Positions 21,411 through 32,603 are shown, numbered from the stretch's first letter. The stretch: 64,000 nt of DNA from Microcoleus sp. (GCA_042408215.1 JAYFMW010000007.1:64001-128000), one strand, 5' to 3'. Program-made: numbers and translations. Notes: generated from the sequence alone by a model not told the origin.

Positions 21411-22675
21411 ACTTTTAAAACATCAACAAATTCGCCTGGCCAAATCCAGGTTTCCGCTGCTGGTAAAACTGCTAAACCTGTAGTATTTGCCAGGTTAATT
21501 AAATTCGCTGAATTTTGGCTGCCACTAGCCGGTTCAAATTCCCAGACTCCGGCCACTAAATACAGTTTACCCCAAACATAAGTTTCGCGCTTACCAGGCG
21601 ATCGCAATTCAACATTACATCGAGCCCGTACAAACTCCGGCCCCCAAGCATCCGGGCCAAGTCCAGAAATCTTTCTCAAAGCAGGTACGACAAACCGCCA
21701 ACAACATACTAACGCTGAAACAGGATTTCCGGGCAAGCCAAAATAGAGACAATCAGAACTCGCAATTGGCGCATCCGAATTTTCTACATCTCGTTGAAAC
21801 TGAGCAACAGTCAAAGGTTTACCCGGTTTAATGGCGACAGCGCGAATGTGAATTTTTCCACCCAAAGATGCCAAAATTTTCTCAACATAATCGTATTCTC
21901 CTACCGAAACCCCGCCCGTAGAAAGCACTACATCTGCTGTCGAAACAGCCTGGGCAATTGCCTTTGTTAGTTCCTGCTGATTATCGGGAATTATCCCCAA
22001 TCCGATCGCTTCAAATCCCATTTGCGCCAACAAAACGGTCAAAGCGTACTGATTAGAGTCTACCAGTTTTCCCGGTGACAAAGATTGGTCTGGCGAGATC
22101 AATTCATCACCAGTCGAAAAAATTGCCACCCGCAGACGCCGATAAACTGGAACTTGAATACACTGTGCAGTTGCTAACACAGCTATTTCCGAGGCATTGA
22201 TAACAGTACCCGGATTTAGCAAAGGCATTCCTGCTTGATAAAAAGCACCTTTGTGTCTGACAAACGCTTGCGGTTTTTCAGGAGAAACTAAGATGAAAAT
22301 GCGATCGCCCTCACGCCTCGTTTCCTCCTGCATTACCACCGTATCAGCACCAGCAGGCATTACAGCACCGGTAAAAATCCGCGCCGCTTGTCCAGATTGT
22401 ACAGTATGTTGAGGCTGATATCCCGCTGGAATCTCTTCAACTACGTCAAGGGCGATCGGTTTGTCGCTGTTGCAGTTTTCCACATCAGCAAACCGCACCG
22501 CATAGCCATCCATTGCCGAATTGTCCCAATAGGGAAAATCCAGGGAACTTGTCACGGGTGCGGCCAAAACTCGCCCCGATGCTGCCAACAAGTCTACAGT
22601 TTCTACATCCCGCTGACTGTCGAGGGGTTGGGCTAAATTTAGAACTATCGACTCTGCTTCTTGTACTGACAGCAT
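21401..22675 (-). CDS. moeA: Molybdopterin molybdotransferase
   Basis: NSAMDGYAV, IFTGAVMPAGAD, STGDEL, TGGVSVG, KPGKP, GLPGNP. Confidence 0.93.
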   Translation of the reverse strand: MLSVQEAESIVLNLAQPLDSQRDVETVDLLAASGRVLAAPVTSSLDFPYWDNSAMDGYAVRFADVENCNSDKPIALDVVEEIPAGYQPQHTVQSGQAARIFTGAVMPAGADTVVMQEETRREGDRIFILVSPEKPQAFVRHKGAFYQAGMPLLNPGTVINASEIAVLATAQCIQVPVYRRLRVAIFSTGDELISPDQSLSPGKLVDSNQYALTVLLAQMGFEAIGLGIIPDNQQELTKAIAQAVSTADVVLSTGGVSVGEYDYVEKILASLGGKIHIRAVAIKPGKPLTVAQFQRDVENSDAPIASSDCLYFGLPGNPVSALVCCWRFVVPALRKISGLGPDAWGPEFVRARCNVELRSPGKRETYVWGKLYLVAGVWEFEPASGSQNSANLINLANTTGLAVLPAAETWIWPGEFVDVLKVSQ

Positions 22676-22788
22676 CACTGTATCCTTGTTTCGATAACAC
22701 TGATTAATTTTAGCAAAATAACACATATATTAGTGATATAATTTTTTAGTGCTTTGACGGTCAAGCTGCATTTTGGTGTGAATCGCTT

Positions 22789-23424
22789 ATGACTATCGAT
22801 CGCTCTGTTGTCAAACTAAATTTTTTCTGCTTATTGCTGGTATTAGTGCTGATAGTTTTTACTCATTTTTCGGGATTAAAAGTCAGAGATTTATTCTTTA
22901 ACCCTTATTTCTCCCCCCATCCCAATGTCGCCTTGTTAACTCGGACATTCCAGATTTTATGTTCTGTACCAGTCATTGTTTGTACTTTTACCTATGGATT
23001 GGCTAAAACTATTCAACCGCGCTCTTGGGAAAATCGATTTATTCTATTTTCGGCTTTGTTAACCGGTGGATTTCTGCTCAATGAAATTTACAGAATTCAT
23101 ATATATATGATAGCAGTAGGAATTCCCAAGCTAGGAGTAAGTTTTTTGTACGCTGTTTTTTTGTCCTCCTACGGATGGTTTTTTCGGCGAGAACTCCAGA
23201 CGACTCCCTACCAAATATTGTTGGCTGGCTTGGGGTTGTTGTTTTTGGCGATCGGCGTTGATGCGCTGAATTTAAAAAGCCAGATAATTTCCAGTTTACT
23301 AGAAGGAGTGCCTAAATTGTTTAGCGAAATCAACATTGCCTTTTATTATTGGTATGTCTGTAAGTGTTTTGTAGAAAAAGCTTTTCATCAAATCATTGAC
23401 ACCTCAGACAAGTGTGTGATATAA
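22789..23424 (+). CDS. Hypothetical multi-pass membrane protein
   Basis: 211-aa ORF with about six hydrophobic segments. Confidence 0.7.
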   Translation: MTIDRSVVKLNFFCLLLVLVLIVFTHFSGLKVRDLFFNPYFSPHPNVALLTRTFQILCSVPVIVCTFTYGLAKTIQPRSWENRFILFSALLTGGFLLNEIYRIHIYMIAVGIPKLGVSFLYAVFLSSYGWFFRRELQTTPYQILLAGLGLLFLAIGVDALNLKSQIISSLLEGVPKLFSEINIAFYYWYVCKCFVEKAFHQIIDTSDKCVI

Positions 23425-23554
23425 TCATAGTACCAGTTATGCCAAAAAAATCTCAATTCCAAACCGCTTTCCCACATCAATATTTATAGCATTTGCATGG
23501 GCGTTGATCCACGTTCATCTGCGGTCAAAACCCAACGCATCCTGATAGCATACC

Positions 23555-24133
23555 ATGATAGCAGTTACCATCAACTTCAACTCGATCGCCCAAATAACCG
23601 ACGACAAATTTTATGAACTGTGTCGCGAAAACCCCGATGTCAAATTTGAACGCAACGCCCAAGGAAAAATAATCATCATGTCACCTACAGGAGGAGAAAC
23701 CGGAAATTACAATTCAGAAATCAATGCTGATTTTGTGATTTGGAACCGACAAACTAAACTGGGAATTTGTTTCGATTCTTCAACTTGCTTCAAATTGCCC
23801 AGCGGTGCAAATCGTTCTCCCAATGTTTCTTGGATCAAAAAATCAAGATGGGACGCACTCACTCCCGAACAAAAACAGAAATTTCCTCCGATTGCGCCAG
23901 ATTTTGTCTTAGAGTTAATGTCGCCGACAGACAGTCTCAAAGACACTCAAGACAAAATGCAAGAATACATGAACAACCAAGTAAAATTAGGTTGGTTAAT
24001 TAACCGCAAAAACCGCCGAGTCGAAATCTATCGCCAAGGACAAGCAGTAGAAATACTGGAATCTCCAACAGAACTATCAGGAGAAGATATTTTACCCGGT
24101 TTTGTGCTAAACTTACAAGCAATCTGGGAATAA
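23555..24133 (+). CDS. Uma2-family (PD-(D/E)XK fold) protein
   Basis: KFERNAQG.IIIMSPTGGETG, FDSSTCFKLP, APDFVLELMSPTD, LSGEDILPGF. Confidence 0.9.
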   Translation: MIAVTINFNSIAQITDDKFYELCRENPDVKFERNAQGKIIIMSPTGGETGNYNSEINADFVIWNRQTKLGICFDSSTCFKLPSGANRSPNVSWIKKSRWDALTPEQKQKFPPIAPDFVLELMSPTDSLKDTQDKMQEYMNNQVKLGWLINRKNRRVEIYRQGQAVEILESPTELSGEDILPGFVLNLQAIWE

Positions 24134-24192
24134 CTAGATATCCTGCATCTATCAGCGTTTATTTGCGTTCATCTGCGGTCAAAAAAAATCTC

Positions 24193-24828
24193 ATGGAAAC
24201 CAATACAGAAACCACTGCAACCACTGGCTTAACAGCGGAACAACACAAACAGAAAATGCAGCGCCGCCAAGAAGTGCAATCGCAGCGAATCGCTAACTCC
24301 TCAAAAGAAAAAGGTTTAGTTATTGTCAATACTGGTAACGGGAAAGGCAAAACTACGGCGGCTTTGGGAATGGTAGTGCGATCGCTCGGTCACGGATACC
24401 GCGTCGCCATAGTACAATTTATCAAAGGAGCTTGGGAACCAGCAGAAAAAGCCGTGTTTCAAATGTGGGAAAAACAGCTAGAATTTCATGCAATGGGAGA
24501 AGGCTTTACCTGGGATACGCAAGACAGAGACAGAGATATCGAAACAGCTCAAAAAGCCTGGGATAAAGCTCTAACTTTTATCTGCAATCCAGAATTTAAA
24601 TTAGTGCTTTTAGATGAAGTTAATATAGCATTAAAGCTAGGTTATTTGCAAGCAGAACAAGTCCTAGCAGGGTTAGAACAAAAACCTGAAGAAACTCATG
24701 TTATTTTAACAGGTAGAGGCGCGCCTCCTGCACTAATTGAACGGGCGGACTTGGTGACAGAAATGACTTTAGTTAAGCATCCATTCCGAGAACAAGGAAT
24801 TAAAGCTCAACCGGGTATTGAGTATTAA
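24193..24828 (+). CDS. cobO: Cob(I)yrinic acid a,c-diamide adenosyltransferase
   Basis: NTGNGKGKTTAALG, VQFIKG, MGEGFTW, LTGRGAP, KHPF. Confidence 0.93.
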   Translation: METNTETTATTGLTAEQHKQKMQRRQEVQSQRIANSSKEKGLVIVNTGNGKGKTTAALGMVVRSLGHGYRVAIVQFIKGAWEPAEKAVFQMWEKQLEFHAMGEGFTWDTQDRDRDIETAQKAWDKALTFICNPEFKLVLLDEVNIALKLGYLQAEQVLAGLEQKPEETHVILTGRGAPPALIERADLVTEMTLVKHPFREQGIKAQPGIEY

Positions 24829-24879
24829 TCAATGTGGGAGCAATTATTCAATCCAAAATCGCCCTAAACCCTGCACTAT

Positions 24880-27423
24880 TCATAACTCTGCTGGTAATAT
24901 TACAGTAAAAGTTGACCCCTTGCCCAACTCACTTTTAACCGTAATTTCTCCCCCTAGCATCAGAGAGTATTTCTGCGCAATTGCCAAACCCAAACCCGTA
25001 CCTCCATACTTGCGGGTAGTCGAAGCATCAGCTTGCGTAAAAGGTTGAAATAACTTCTGTACCTGTTCCGCAGTCATCCCAATCCCAGTATCAGCACAGT
25101 TAAAAATTAACCAGTCAGAATCGTAACTATTCTCGTCGTTTGTAATTCTTTCAACGCTGAATGTAATCGTCCCTTGCTGAGTAAACTTAGCTGCATTGCT
25201 GAGCAAATTAAACAAAATCTGAGTCAGTTTCACTCGATCTGAGTGGAAGTCACCAATCCGATCGGGATACTCAACATTCAGGCGATTGGAGTTTCGCAAA
25301 AATAGTGGTTTAACAGTTGTCGTTACCTCTTGAATTACCTCCGACAGGTCAAAAGTTTCTAAGTCAAGCTCCGTCTGGCCTGCTTCAATCTTTGATAAAT
25401 CTAGAAGATCATTGATTAATCCTAATAAATGATTCCCGGCCTTGTGAATTTTTTCCAAATCAATAACAAAATCATCTTCCCCCAAATCCAAAGCATCTTC
25501 TTGCAGAATCTCGCTGTAGCCGATAATCGCATTTAGAGGAGTTCGCAGTTCGTGACTCATGTTAGCCAAAAACTGACTTTTAGACACATTAGCTGCTTCC
25601 GCCGCTTCCTTAGCCTTGTACAATTTTGCCTCAGCCTGCAAGCGGTCGGTAACATCCTGAGCTAACACTAGCTCAGCTTTCCTGTTGTCAAATACTAGCT
25701 CATAAGAATTAATTTCTACATCAATAATTGTCCCATTTTTCTTCTGGTGTTGGCAGACGCTGGTCAAATCTATTTCCGCATCTACTTGAGATCTATTTTC
25801 GAGGAATCTAGGGAATTTTTCAGGAGCACGAATTTCCCCAACTGTCATGTTGAGAAACTCGTCGCGAGTGTAGCCGTAGTGCTCGACAGCAGCCTGATTG
25901 ACAGCTATAAATTGCAGAGTGTCTAAATCGTAAACCCACATTGGATGAGGGTTATTTTTAAACAATAGTCTGTAGCGTTCCTCGGAAGCTCGCAATTCGG
26001 CTTCGGCCTGTTTGCGTTCGGTAATGTCGCGGACAACAGTGCAAATAATCTCGCGGCCACCGTAGGAAATCACGCTCCCGCTTACTTCTACATCCACGCA
26101 GGAACCGTCTCGGCGCCGGTAGAGAACTTCGCCAATTCTGAATTGTTGGTCGGTCAGCAGCAATTCAATATTGTCGTCAATTAGGTCTTTCGAGTAAGCG
26201 ACGATATCGTAAATAGTCAGTTGTAAAATTGCATCGGGGCTGTAATTGAGCAAGTTTCTAAAAGCTGTATTGGCTTCTAAAAGGTGTTTGGTTTGAGCGT
26301 CCCACAGGAATATACAGTCTGTAGCCTGCTCGACTACGGCTTGGTAGCGCGCTTTTTCTTCAATTTGTTCGTTTTCGGCATTGGCGATCGCACTCAGCAT
26401 TCCGTTGATAGTATTGGCAAGGTCGGACAACTCATCTTCACCAGTCACCGACAGCCGCAGCGACAAATCTTGGCTAGCGCTGACGCAGTTCACCCCCTTC
26501 GCTAAACTGCTGAGCCGAAACAGCACCAGATGCTCTAGTAGCAGCAGAGTACAGCCGATCAACCCCATTCCCGCTAAGATTACAGACACCAGAAGATATC
26601 GCAGACTGGTTTGACCTTGGCGGTATATTTCTCTGGGGAGCTCCACCCGCAGAATTAGTGCGGGTTGGTTGTAAATATCATTGAGTAAAGCGTAACCCGC
26701 GATCGCATCTTCACTCAAAGCCCGCACCAAAATCGGTTTATTTGCCGACAATTTCTCCCGCACTTTTTGGAATTCAGCAGGCAACTCAGGCTCATTAACA
26801 CTGTGTACAATCAGCGGCAGGCGAGTGATTTTAGACAGCTTCGCAATGCCAGCAGCATCCAAATTGCGCCCAAATACCAGGGTGCCTCGAATTGGGCCAG
26901 TGCTTTTAGTAGTGACAATTGGCCGCGAAGTAATCAGCACCGGCCCGGACGGCAGCAGCATGATCCCAGCGAGGCTGCTTTCGGCGTTGGGGTGCTGCAA
27001 TAGCGGGTCGTTAAGAGAAATATGTTGTTTTAATGCCTCTGGAACAGGCGTTACTTGCAGCTTTTTAGTGTCTAAACCTGTACCGTAAACAATCTTCCCA
27101 GAAGTGTTGACAAATACCGCTATATTCACTCTCACATTAGCCAGCCCTTCTGGTACTAGATTTGAGGCAATGAATTCTTTGTTGCGGTTTTGGATAAAGG
27201 CATAGGTATCATCCCAGGCTGACCAGTCTGCAAAGCGGGAGTTGAAGTCATCTGCGGTTTGGCTGAACACGCTCAGCACTCCTTTGACAACCTGAGTGGC
27301 TTCTTGTTCCTCCGCCTTGACGAGGCTACCTAAGAGGATGGTTGAGGATGTGGCGTACAGAACGCCAGTCAATCCAGCAATGGTAATACCAACTATTGAT
27401 AATGTCTTCCGACGCAGTTTCAT
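24880..27423 (-). CDS. Sensor histidine kinase (CHASE4-HAMP-PAS-PAS-HisKA-HATPase)
   Basis: DWSAWDDTY (CHASE4), GEDELSDLA (HAMP), two PAS domains, [26 protein letters not shown]. Confidence 0.92.
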   Translation of the reverse strand: MKLRRKTLSIVGITIAGLTGVLYATSSTILLGSLVKAEEQEATQVVKGVLSVFSQTADDFNSRFADWSAWDDTYAFIQNRNKEFIASNLVPEGLANVRVNIAVFVNTSGKIVYGTGLDTKKLQVTPVPEALKQHISLNDPLLQHPNAESSLAGIMLLPSGPVLITSRPIVTTKSTGPIRGTLVFGRNLDAAGIAKLSKITRLPLIVHSVNEPELPAEFQKVREKLSANKPILVRALSEDAIAGYALLNDIYNQPALILRVELPREIYRQGQTSLRYLLVSVILAGMGLIGCTLLLLEHLVLFRLSSLAKGVNCVSASQDLSLRLSVTGEDELSDLANTINGMLSAIANAENEQIEEKARYQAVVEQATDCIFLWDAQTKHLLEANTAFRNLLNYSPDAILQLTIYDIVAYSKDLIDDNIELLLTDQQFRIGEVLYRRRDGSCVDVEVSGSVISYGGREIICTVVRDITERKQAEAELRASEERYRLLFKNNPHPMWVYDLDTLQFIAVNQAAVEHYGYTRDEFLNMTVGEIRAPEKFPRFLENRSQVDAEIDLTSVCQHQKKNGTIIDVEINSYELVFDNRKAELVLAQDVTDRLQAEAKLYKAKEAAEAANVSKSQFLANMSHELRTPLNAIIGYSEILQEDALDLGEDDFVIDLEKIHKAGNHLLGLINDLLDLSKIEAGQTELDLETFDLSEVIQEVTTTVKPLFLRNSNRLNVEYPDRIGDFHSDRVKLTQILFNLLSNAAKFTQQGTITFSVERITNDENSYDSDWLIFNCADTGIGMTAEQVQKLFQPFTQADASTTRKYGGTGLGLAIAQKYSLMLGGEITVKSELGKGSTFTVILPAEL

Positions 27424-27499
27424 CTTAGCGAGTGTTTGGTGTCCGTCCGAAAGTTTCAACTTAGGAGCAACTTGATTCGGGTTAGTTGAACCTTGACTG

Positions 27500-28141
27500 C
27501 TATTTTGCCCACACCTCGTCCTGGTGAGCTGCCTTGCAAATACCCAAAATTCGCCGATCGTTGTCGCTGACGGTGGGGATTCGGTGATACTGTTGCAGGT
27601 TTACTGAGTAGGGAGAGGTAGTGCCGTCGAAACTGTCTACTACTGTTAAATTTAACTGAGTTAGTTCTAGAGTGCCGTAAAAACAGTAAAAAGCAGACCG
27701 AGGCAGGTAAAAAGCGCCGATGACCTTGCCCCGCCGCACTTCAAATACAAAATACTCTTTTTTAATTTCGTCTGGCTTGGGAGACTCGCCGTAGAGGTAA
27801 ATCCCATCCCAAGAGCCAATGCTAGCCGCATCGGGCGTCGGATTTGGGAGAGTTCGATCGCTCAAAACCTCAGATTTGAGCTCCAAATGTAGATCCCGAT
27901 CTGGGGTTGGCCAGCCCACCCCAAATTCTGCTGCCGGCAATTTGGCGCTGATGTTATCGGGCGATCGGGCTAGTGCGATCGCGCGAGCTTCTAAACTACT
28001 CGTCAATATCAAATAAGTAAAAACCACTCCTGATCCCAAAACTGAAATTAGCAGCCTCGAAGCGCCCCGCCTGCGACTCGGGTTGCAGAAACTCGGTTTT
28101 TTCAAGCATAAGCTTTCCACAACTAACCTGTTGCTTGCCAT
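27500..28141 (-). CDS. Hypothetical protein (likely exported)
   Basis: 213-aa ORF with hydrophobic N-terminal segment; [10 protein letters not shown]...[14 protein letters not shown]. Confidence 0.65.
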   Translation of the reverse strand: MASNRLVVESLCLKKPSFCNPSRRRGASRLLISVLGSGVVFTYLILTSSLEARAIALARSPDNISAKLPAAEFGVGWPTPDRDLHLELKSEVLSDRTLPNPTPDAASIGSWDGIYLYGESPKPDEIKKEYFVFEVRRGKVIGAFYLPRSAFYCFYGTLELTQLNLTVVDSFDGTTSPYSVNLQQYHRIPTVSDNDRRILGICKAAHQDEVWAK

Positions 28142-28342
28142 TGATATCTTGCACCAGTTTCGATTAAGTTACTCAAAAAAATACTCAAAAAAACCGGTGT
28201 CTGGCTTCAAATCCTGGCTAGTAGCTTGAAGTTACGATCGCCAACCAGGTTCCTGAACTCAGGGTGCCAGATTAGTTTTTACCAATTTGGCGATCGTCCT
28301 GACGATCGATCGGCCATCCAATAACAGTATTCTTCCCCCAGT

Positions 28343-28372
28343 GCCCAAATCTAAAAAGAGTTTAGATTTTGG
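28343..28372. mobile_element. Hairpin at the downstream end of the IscB element
   Basis: cccaaatctaaa-aagag-tttagattttggg immediately past the iscB stop. Confidence 0.55.
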
Positions 28373-28376
28373 GAAT

Positions 28377-29705
28377 CTAAACTCTCACTCTTTTCTCGGA
28401 CATTTCGCGACAATTTCCTACAAATGAGTAGTTGTATCCGTCATTTCTGTAAACCAGCTTAATTTGATTCCTCGAAACGCTAATCACAGTCGTATCGTTT
28501 ACTCGAATATCAAAGTTACCCTTAAACCTTGTAGTTTTAATTCGCTTGCATTTAACCCCCTCATGTTGGCCACCAATCACTGAGATCATATCTCCAGTAT
28601 TCCAACCTTTGACCTTTTGTTTGGGTTTGTAACCCTTGCGAGTCAAACCATATTTATCATTCTGTACAACTTGGCGACTACCCCAACCCATAGCTTTAAT
28701 TAACAAAGGTTGATCGATTGCCAAAGTTAATCCCTGAGTCACATCTCCACAGCAAGCTGCATCTATCCAATGAGCCTTTGGGAAACCCAATTTAGTCCGA
28801 TTGAACTTAGTTAGAGAACCCCGTCCCACATAAATAGGCTCTAGGTTCGTAGCCTTTAAAGCTTTAAGCAAAGCCGATTTAGTCCCATTGACCGCCGTGG
28901 CATCCTTTAATGGTGCTTTAGCTTGACTCATTATTCTTTTCAGAATCTCAGGCTTACCTTTAAGAAAGTCATTGATGTCTTGAGTCCCCTTTTTGGTGTT
29001 GCATTTTTTACAGGCCAAGCAGAGGTTAGAAACGCGGTTGCTACCACAAGAAGCGCGTGGGTTAATATGCTCAACTTGCAACGGTAAATTTTCAGCACCA
29101 CAGTAAGCACATTTGCGATTCCACTTTTCAAGTAAGTATTCTCTCACCTCATAACCTTGCAATTCCCCTTGTTGATATTCCACACCATAAATCTCTGGAT
29201 TTTGCATTTTTTGAGTATCAAAGTTTACCAACTCAAAAGCTATTGACTTAATTGGTGCTAACTTACAAAGGCGATTAACCCATGTCATTGTGGTTAACAC
29301 CCGATGTTGCAAACTGGGAGGTAGCCAACCTTTCGGGCGAGTACGGTTGAAAAATCGTGGTTTCCGATATCGGGTTTTACGATTACGGCGGCTGCGTCGG
29401 ATGGCGCTGCGGGTTTCAAGTCGGGATTTGATAGCTTGCCCCCGATGGGTAAGTTCAGCCCCCCAAATTACTTGGGTTAAGCTCACCAAAGCTAGGCCTG
29501 TAGTTTTACTGCCTGGATCTATGCGAATTTCTATTGGTTCCGGTTGTTCATCAACTGTTTTTTTCAGGATGATTGTAAATGGATACAGCCTGAAAACATG
29601 AGCTTTTCCTGCATTCAATAGCTTTCTAGCTATCACTGGTAGGCACGGGGTTAGAGGTTTTTTGCTGTTGTCAAGTACGAATACTTGATTGGGGGTTTTA
29701 GACAT
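28377..29705 (-). CDS. iscB: IscB RNA-guided endonuclease (IS200/IS605 OMEGA)
   Basis: PLTPC (PLMP-like), RuvC-I IDPGSKTTG, RRSRR bridge helix, RuvC-II FELV, CAYC...VEHINP...SNL...CKKCN HNH, RuvC-III HWIDAAC. Confidence 0.93.
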   Translation of the reverse strand: MSKTPNQVFVLDNSKKPLTPCLPVIARKLLNAGKAHVFRLYPFTIILKKTVDEQPEPIEIRIDPGSKTTGLALVSLTQVIWGAELTHRGQAIKSRLETRSAIRRSRRNRKTRYRKPRFFNRTRPKGWLPPSLQHRVLTTMTWVNRLCKLAPIKSIAFELVNFDTQKMQNPEIYGVEYQQGELQGYEVREYLLEKWNRKCAYCGAENLPLQVEHINPRASCGSNRVSNLCLACKKCNTKKGTQDINDFLKGKPEILKRIMSQAKAPLKDATAVNGTKSALLKALKATNLEPIYVGRGSLTKFNRTKLGFPKAHWIDAACCGDVTQGLTLAIDQPLLIKAMGWGSRQVVQNDKYGLTRKGYKPKQKVKGWNTGDMISVIGGQHEGVKCKRIKTTRFKGNFDIRVNDTTVISVSRNQIKLVYRNDGYNYSFVGNCREMSEKRVRV

Positions 29706-29936
29706 GGTTGCGTCTATTCCTAGTTAGTAAAGTTTGCCTCGGCATTGTTATTGGTCGGTACTTTCTCAGCAGCACTGGCTTTACAAAATCCTTGCCTGTT
29801 TAACTGCCGAGTTATAGAGCTTGGGGCGGGCACGCACCCCAAGGTATGAACTTGAACGCTTGCCAATAACGAAAGCCTGGACTTACTTAGCCATTTCGGG
29901 GTTTATTCCGAAATGTCTAGGATTTGAGTAAGTCTT
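29706..29936 (-). ncRNA. omegaRNA/HEARO-like scaffold upstream of iscB
   Basis: ~230-nt structured leader: gacttact/agtaagtc, catttcgg/ccgaaatg, cttgggg/ccccaag and gttattg/caataac stems; boundaries approximate. Confidence 0.75.
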
Positions 29937-29944
29937 TTTAGTTG

Positions 29945-30949
29945 CTAGCTAGCTAAGTATTCTCGGACATGAGCTTGGCGGCGCCGCAGGTGGGCGAGGG
30001 CTTGATGTTCTAGCTGCCGCACCCGTTCGCGGCTGAGACTGAGCCGTTCTCCGACTTTCGCCAGGGACAATTCGATGCCGTCTTCTAAACCGAAGCGCAG
30101 AACGATCACATCTCGTTGCTGAGGAGTCAGTTCTGAGATCAGAGTATTGAGGTCTTGTCGCAACAATTCCGAGGTAATGTAATTGTCGGGAGATGCGGTT
30201 TCGTCTTCTAGGAGTTCTTGCAGTTCGGTATCTTGGTTGTCTCCTACCCGCAAGTCTAAAGATACTGGATGTCTGGCCATCAGCAGGTATTCCCGAATTT
30301 GGGAAGGGTGCAGTTCCAACACTGAGGCAATTTCTGTGGGCGTGGGAGACCGGCCCAACTGCTGGGTGAGTTCCCGCTGCACTTTTTTGATTTTGTTGAG
30401 TTTTTCGGTGATGTGAATTGGTAATCGAATGGTGCGGGCGTGTTGGGCGATCGCGCGGGTAATTGCTTGCCGAATCCACCAGTAGGCGTAGGTAGAAAAT
30501 TTGTATCCCCGCATCGGGTCAAATTTTTCGACTCCTCGTTCTAAACCGAGGGTGCCTTCTTGAATTAAATCCAAGAATTCCATGTTGCGTTTCTGGTATT
30601 TTTTGGCGATCGCGACTACTAGGCGCAGATTCGCTTCAATCATCTTCTTTTTGGCGCGCCGTCCTATTTGCAAGATCCGGCTCAGTTCAGCTTCGGTCAA
30701 CTCCATTTCGGCCGCCCACTCTTCGGGAGTCAATTCCCGCTGCCATTCTTTAGCAAGTGCTTGTTTTGCTTCGATTAATTTCATCATTTGCTGCACTTGC
30801 TTCCCGAAGACAATCTCTTCCTCTCGGGTTAGCAGAGGTACTCGACCGATCTCGTGCAGATAGGTACGTACCGTATCCGTTGAGGAGTATGGCCGGGTGC
30901 CCATGCGATCGGCTTTAGCTGTTTTGTTTTTGGGGGTTGTAGTGGACAT
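29945..30949 (-). CDS. sigB: Group 2 sigma-70 factor (SigB-like)
   Basis: DTVRTYLHEIGRVPLL, ANLRLVVAIAKKY, DLIQEG, KFSTYAYWWIRQAITRAI, SRERVRQLE; paralog assignment tentative. Confidence 0.8.
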   Translation of the reverse strand: MSTTTPKNKTAKADRMGTRPYSSTDTVRTYLHEIGRVPLLTREEEIVFGKQVQQMMKLIEAKQALAKEWQRELTPEEWAAEMELTEAELSRILQIGRRAKKKMIEANLRLVVAIAKKYQKRNMEFLDLIQEGTLGLERGVEKFDPMRGYKFSTYAYWWIRQAITRAIAQHARTIRLPIHITEKLNKIKKVQRELTQQLGRSPTPTEIASVLELHPSQIREYLLMARHPVSLDLRVGDNQDTELQELLEDETASPDNYITSELLRQDLNTLISELTPQQRDVIVLRFGLEDGIELSLAKVGERLSLSRERVRQLEHQALAHLRRRQAHVREYLAS

Positions 30950-31464
30950 GGGTGAGTATTGCACTCCTTGTAACAACAGATAAAAAGTTGGTGATACCCT
31001 GTCCCACTTTTGCCAGTGGGATAGAAACTGCTACAGGGGGAGGTATTTCCCCTCCTGTTCATCGGTGACGATCGGTAGAAGCTTTTTGTTTGGGATTACT
31101 TTTAAGCTTGATTGTCTAGCAATCCTGGTTGATTTTCGGTAGCTCGCTAGCTTTAACGGCTAGTTCAAGGCGAAGTGAATTTAAGTTTACTTTGCTCAAT
31201 ATTATTCCAAATTTTGAGGTTAGTAAAGGGCAAAAACCTCTGTCTTAAGGTGAACATTCTACATTTTTCCTTAAGGTTTTAGAACCCCTGCTAGTTTTGA
31301 CTGCAATTCCACTTCACAATACTCATGCAAACAGACTCATGCAAACAGAGGGCTTTGTTTTGCTCTCTGTTCTATCATCGCTTGAAATTTAGGCGCTGCC
31401 TAGATGCTCTTATGCGAGATAACCGAACCCGATCTCGTCGTAGTATGGTCGATGTTGAAGGAAG

Positions 31465-31553
31465 AGGGGGTGAGGGGGTGAGGGGGTGAGGCGTGAGGGA
31501 GAGAGAGGGGGTGAGGGGGAAAAAGAGAGAGAGGGGGTGAGAGGCTGAGGGGT
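31465..31553. repeat. Purine-rich (gagggggt)n repeat
   Basis: Tandem octamers. Confidence 0.7.
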
Positions 31554-31601
31554 AAAAGCTCCTTACCCCTAGCTATCGTAGTTGCAGAAAGTTCTCTAAA
31601 A

Positions 31602-32354
31602 TTAAGCGTTGCTGTTCTTGCCTTCTTCGTTCCAAAATTCTAACGCGCTAATCCGCAGAGGGTTATCTAACGCTAATTTTTTTAATTCGGCGATCGCCCG
31701 CTGCTGCACTTCTCCTCTGCCCAACATCCTCAACCACATAGTTTCCGGTATTTCTGGCAATTGATGGATGACGACGATCGCCGATCGAAAAGCCGATCCC
31801 AAAAAATACATTCCCTTCATCCAATTTGCTTCGTCTGGGAAAGCCCCAAATCCTGTTAAAAAATCGTCTGAAGCCGTGGGAGTGAGAATCCAAAGCATTG
31901 GGAATGCAGATAAATCCCAGGGAATATTTTGTTTTTTGAATTTCTCTTCTAATTCAACACGTAACTTGAGGTATTTGCCCATACAATCCCACATATCATT
32001 TTTGATAATTGGGTTGCCCAAAGGTTCAAAAATTGCTGTCGGGCCGGCCATTCTCCCCAATAGTCCCAAATTTTCGATATCTTGCGGTTGGGAAGTGGTT
32101 TGAGTAAAGTAGATAGGGATTTCGCGGATTTCTGAAGTGACATCGCGCCTAACATTAACCGTTCCGAGGGGAGACAGCAATTCCTGTAATAAGTTTTTGG
32201 CAAAGCGATTGTGAATCACTTCTGTCGCTGGTTTTTCTTGATTTATTTCCCCATCATTTGAATTGGTGCATTGATGAACATGAACCGTGCCGATGGTAGA
32301 TAGTAAAGTTGTGAGATATTCTTTGGCAAAGCGATCGTGAATTAATTCTGTCAT
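31602..32354 (-). CDS. Cyanobacterial hypothetical protein (HDxFAK family) with duplicated N-terminal motif
   Basis: IHDRFAKEYL..LLS.IGTV and IHNRFAKNLL..LLS.LGTV; LWILTPTAS, IHQLPEIPETMWLRMLGRG. Confidence 0.75.
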   Translation of the reverse strand: MTELIHDRFAKEYLTTLLSTIGTVHVHQCTNSNDGEINQEKPATEVIHNRFAKNLLQELLSPLGTVNVRRDVTSEIREIPIYFTQTTSQPQDIENLGLLGRMAGPTAIFEPLGNPIIKNDMWDCMGKYLKLRVELEEKFKKQNIPWDLSAFPMLWILTPTASDDFLTGFGAFPDEANWMKGMYFLGSAFRSAIVVIHQLPEIPETMWLRMLGRGEVQQRAIAELKKLALDNPLRISALEFWNEEGKNSNA

Positions 32355-32492
32355 TGGATTTGTGATTTGAGATTACTGCGGTATATCAATTAAGCTGTTA
32401 CGCATTTAAACCACTAACGAGGTCTGTAGGGTGCCACGGCTCGTAGGCGTAAGCCGGGGCGCAGCCATCGCTTACTATACAAGGGAAACGTT

Positions 32493-32552
32493 TGTTTTCC
32501 GGTGTATTACCGCTCACAAGCGAATTTCCATTTCAGAGTAGGAGTCAGGTCA
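32493..32552 (-). pseudogene. Collapsed remnant of a further toxin cassette
   Basis: 32493-32518 matches 38514-38539 and 32519-32552 matches 39061-39094 of cassette E. Confidence 0.7.
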
Positions 32553-32559
32553 GAGGATG

Positions 32560-32603
32560 ATTGTACTATAATTCAGAAGTTAAAATAATTGACTAGATAA
32601 TTT
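32560..32603 (+). promoter_or_regulatory. Conserved pentapeptide-gene promoter/leader, also before 33627, 34650 and 39146
   Basis: attgtacTATAATtcagaagttaaaataattgactagataattt-ATG repeated almost exactly four times. Confidence 0.7.

Noticed and set aside
28377..29705. Cas9 or type II CRISPR system
   Set aside because: 442 aa with a PLMP-like N-terminus, no REC lobe and no array; fits IscB
29949..30479. Alternative-frame 176-aa ORF
   Set aside because: Overlaps the well-supported sigma factor gene and has no recognisable motif
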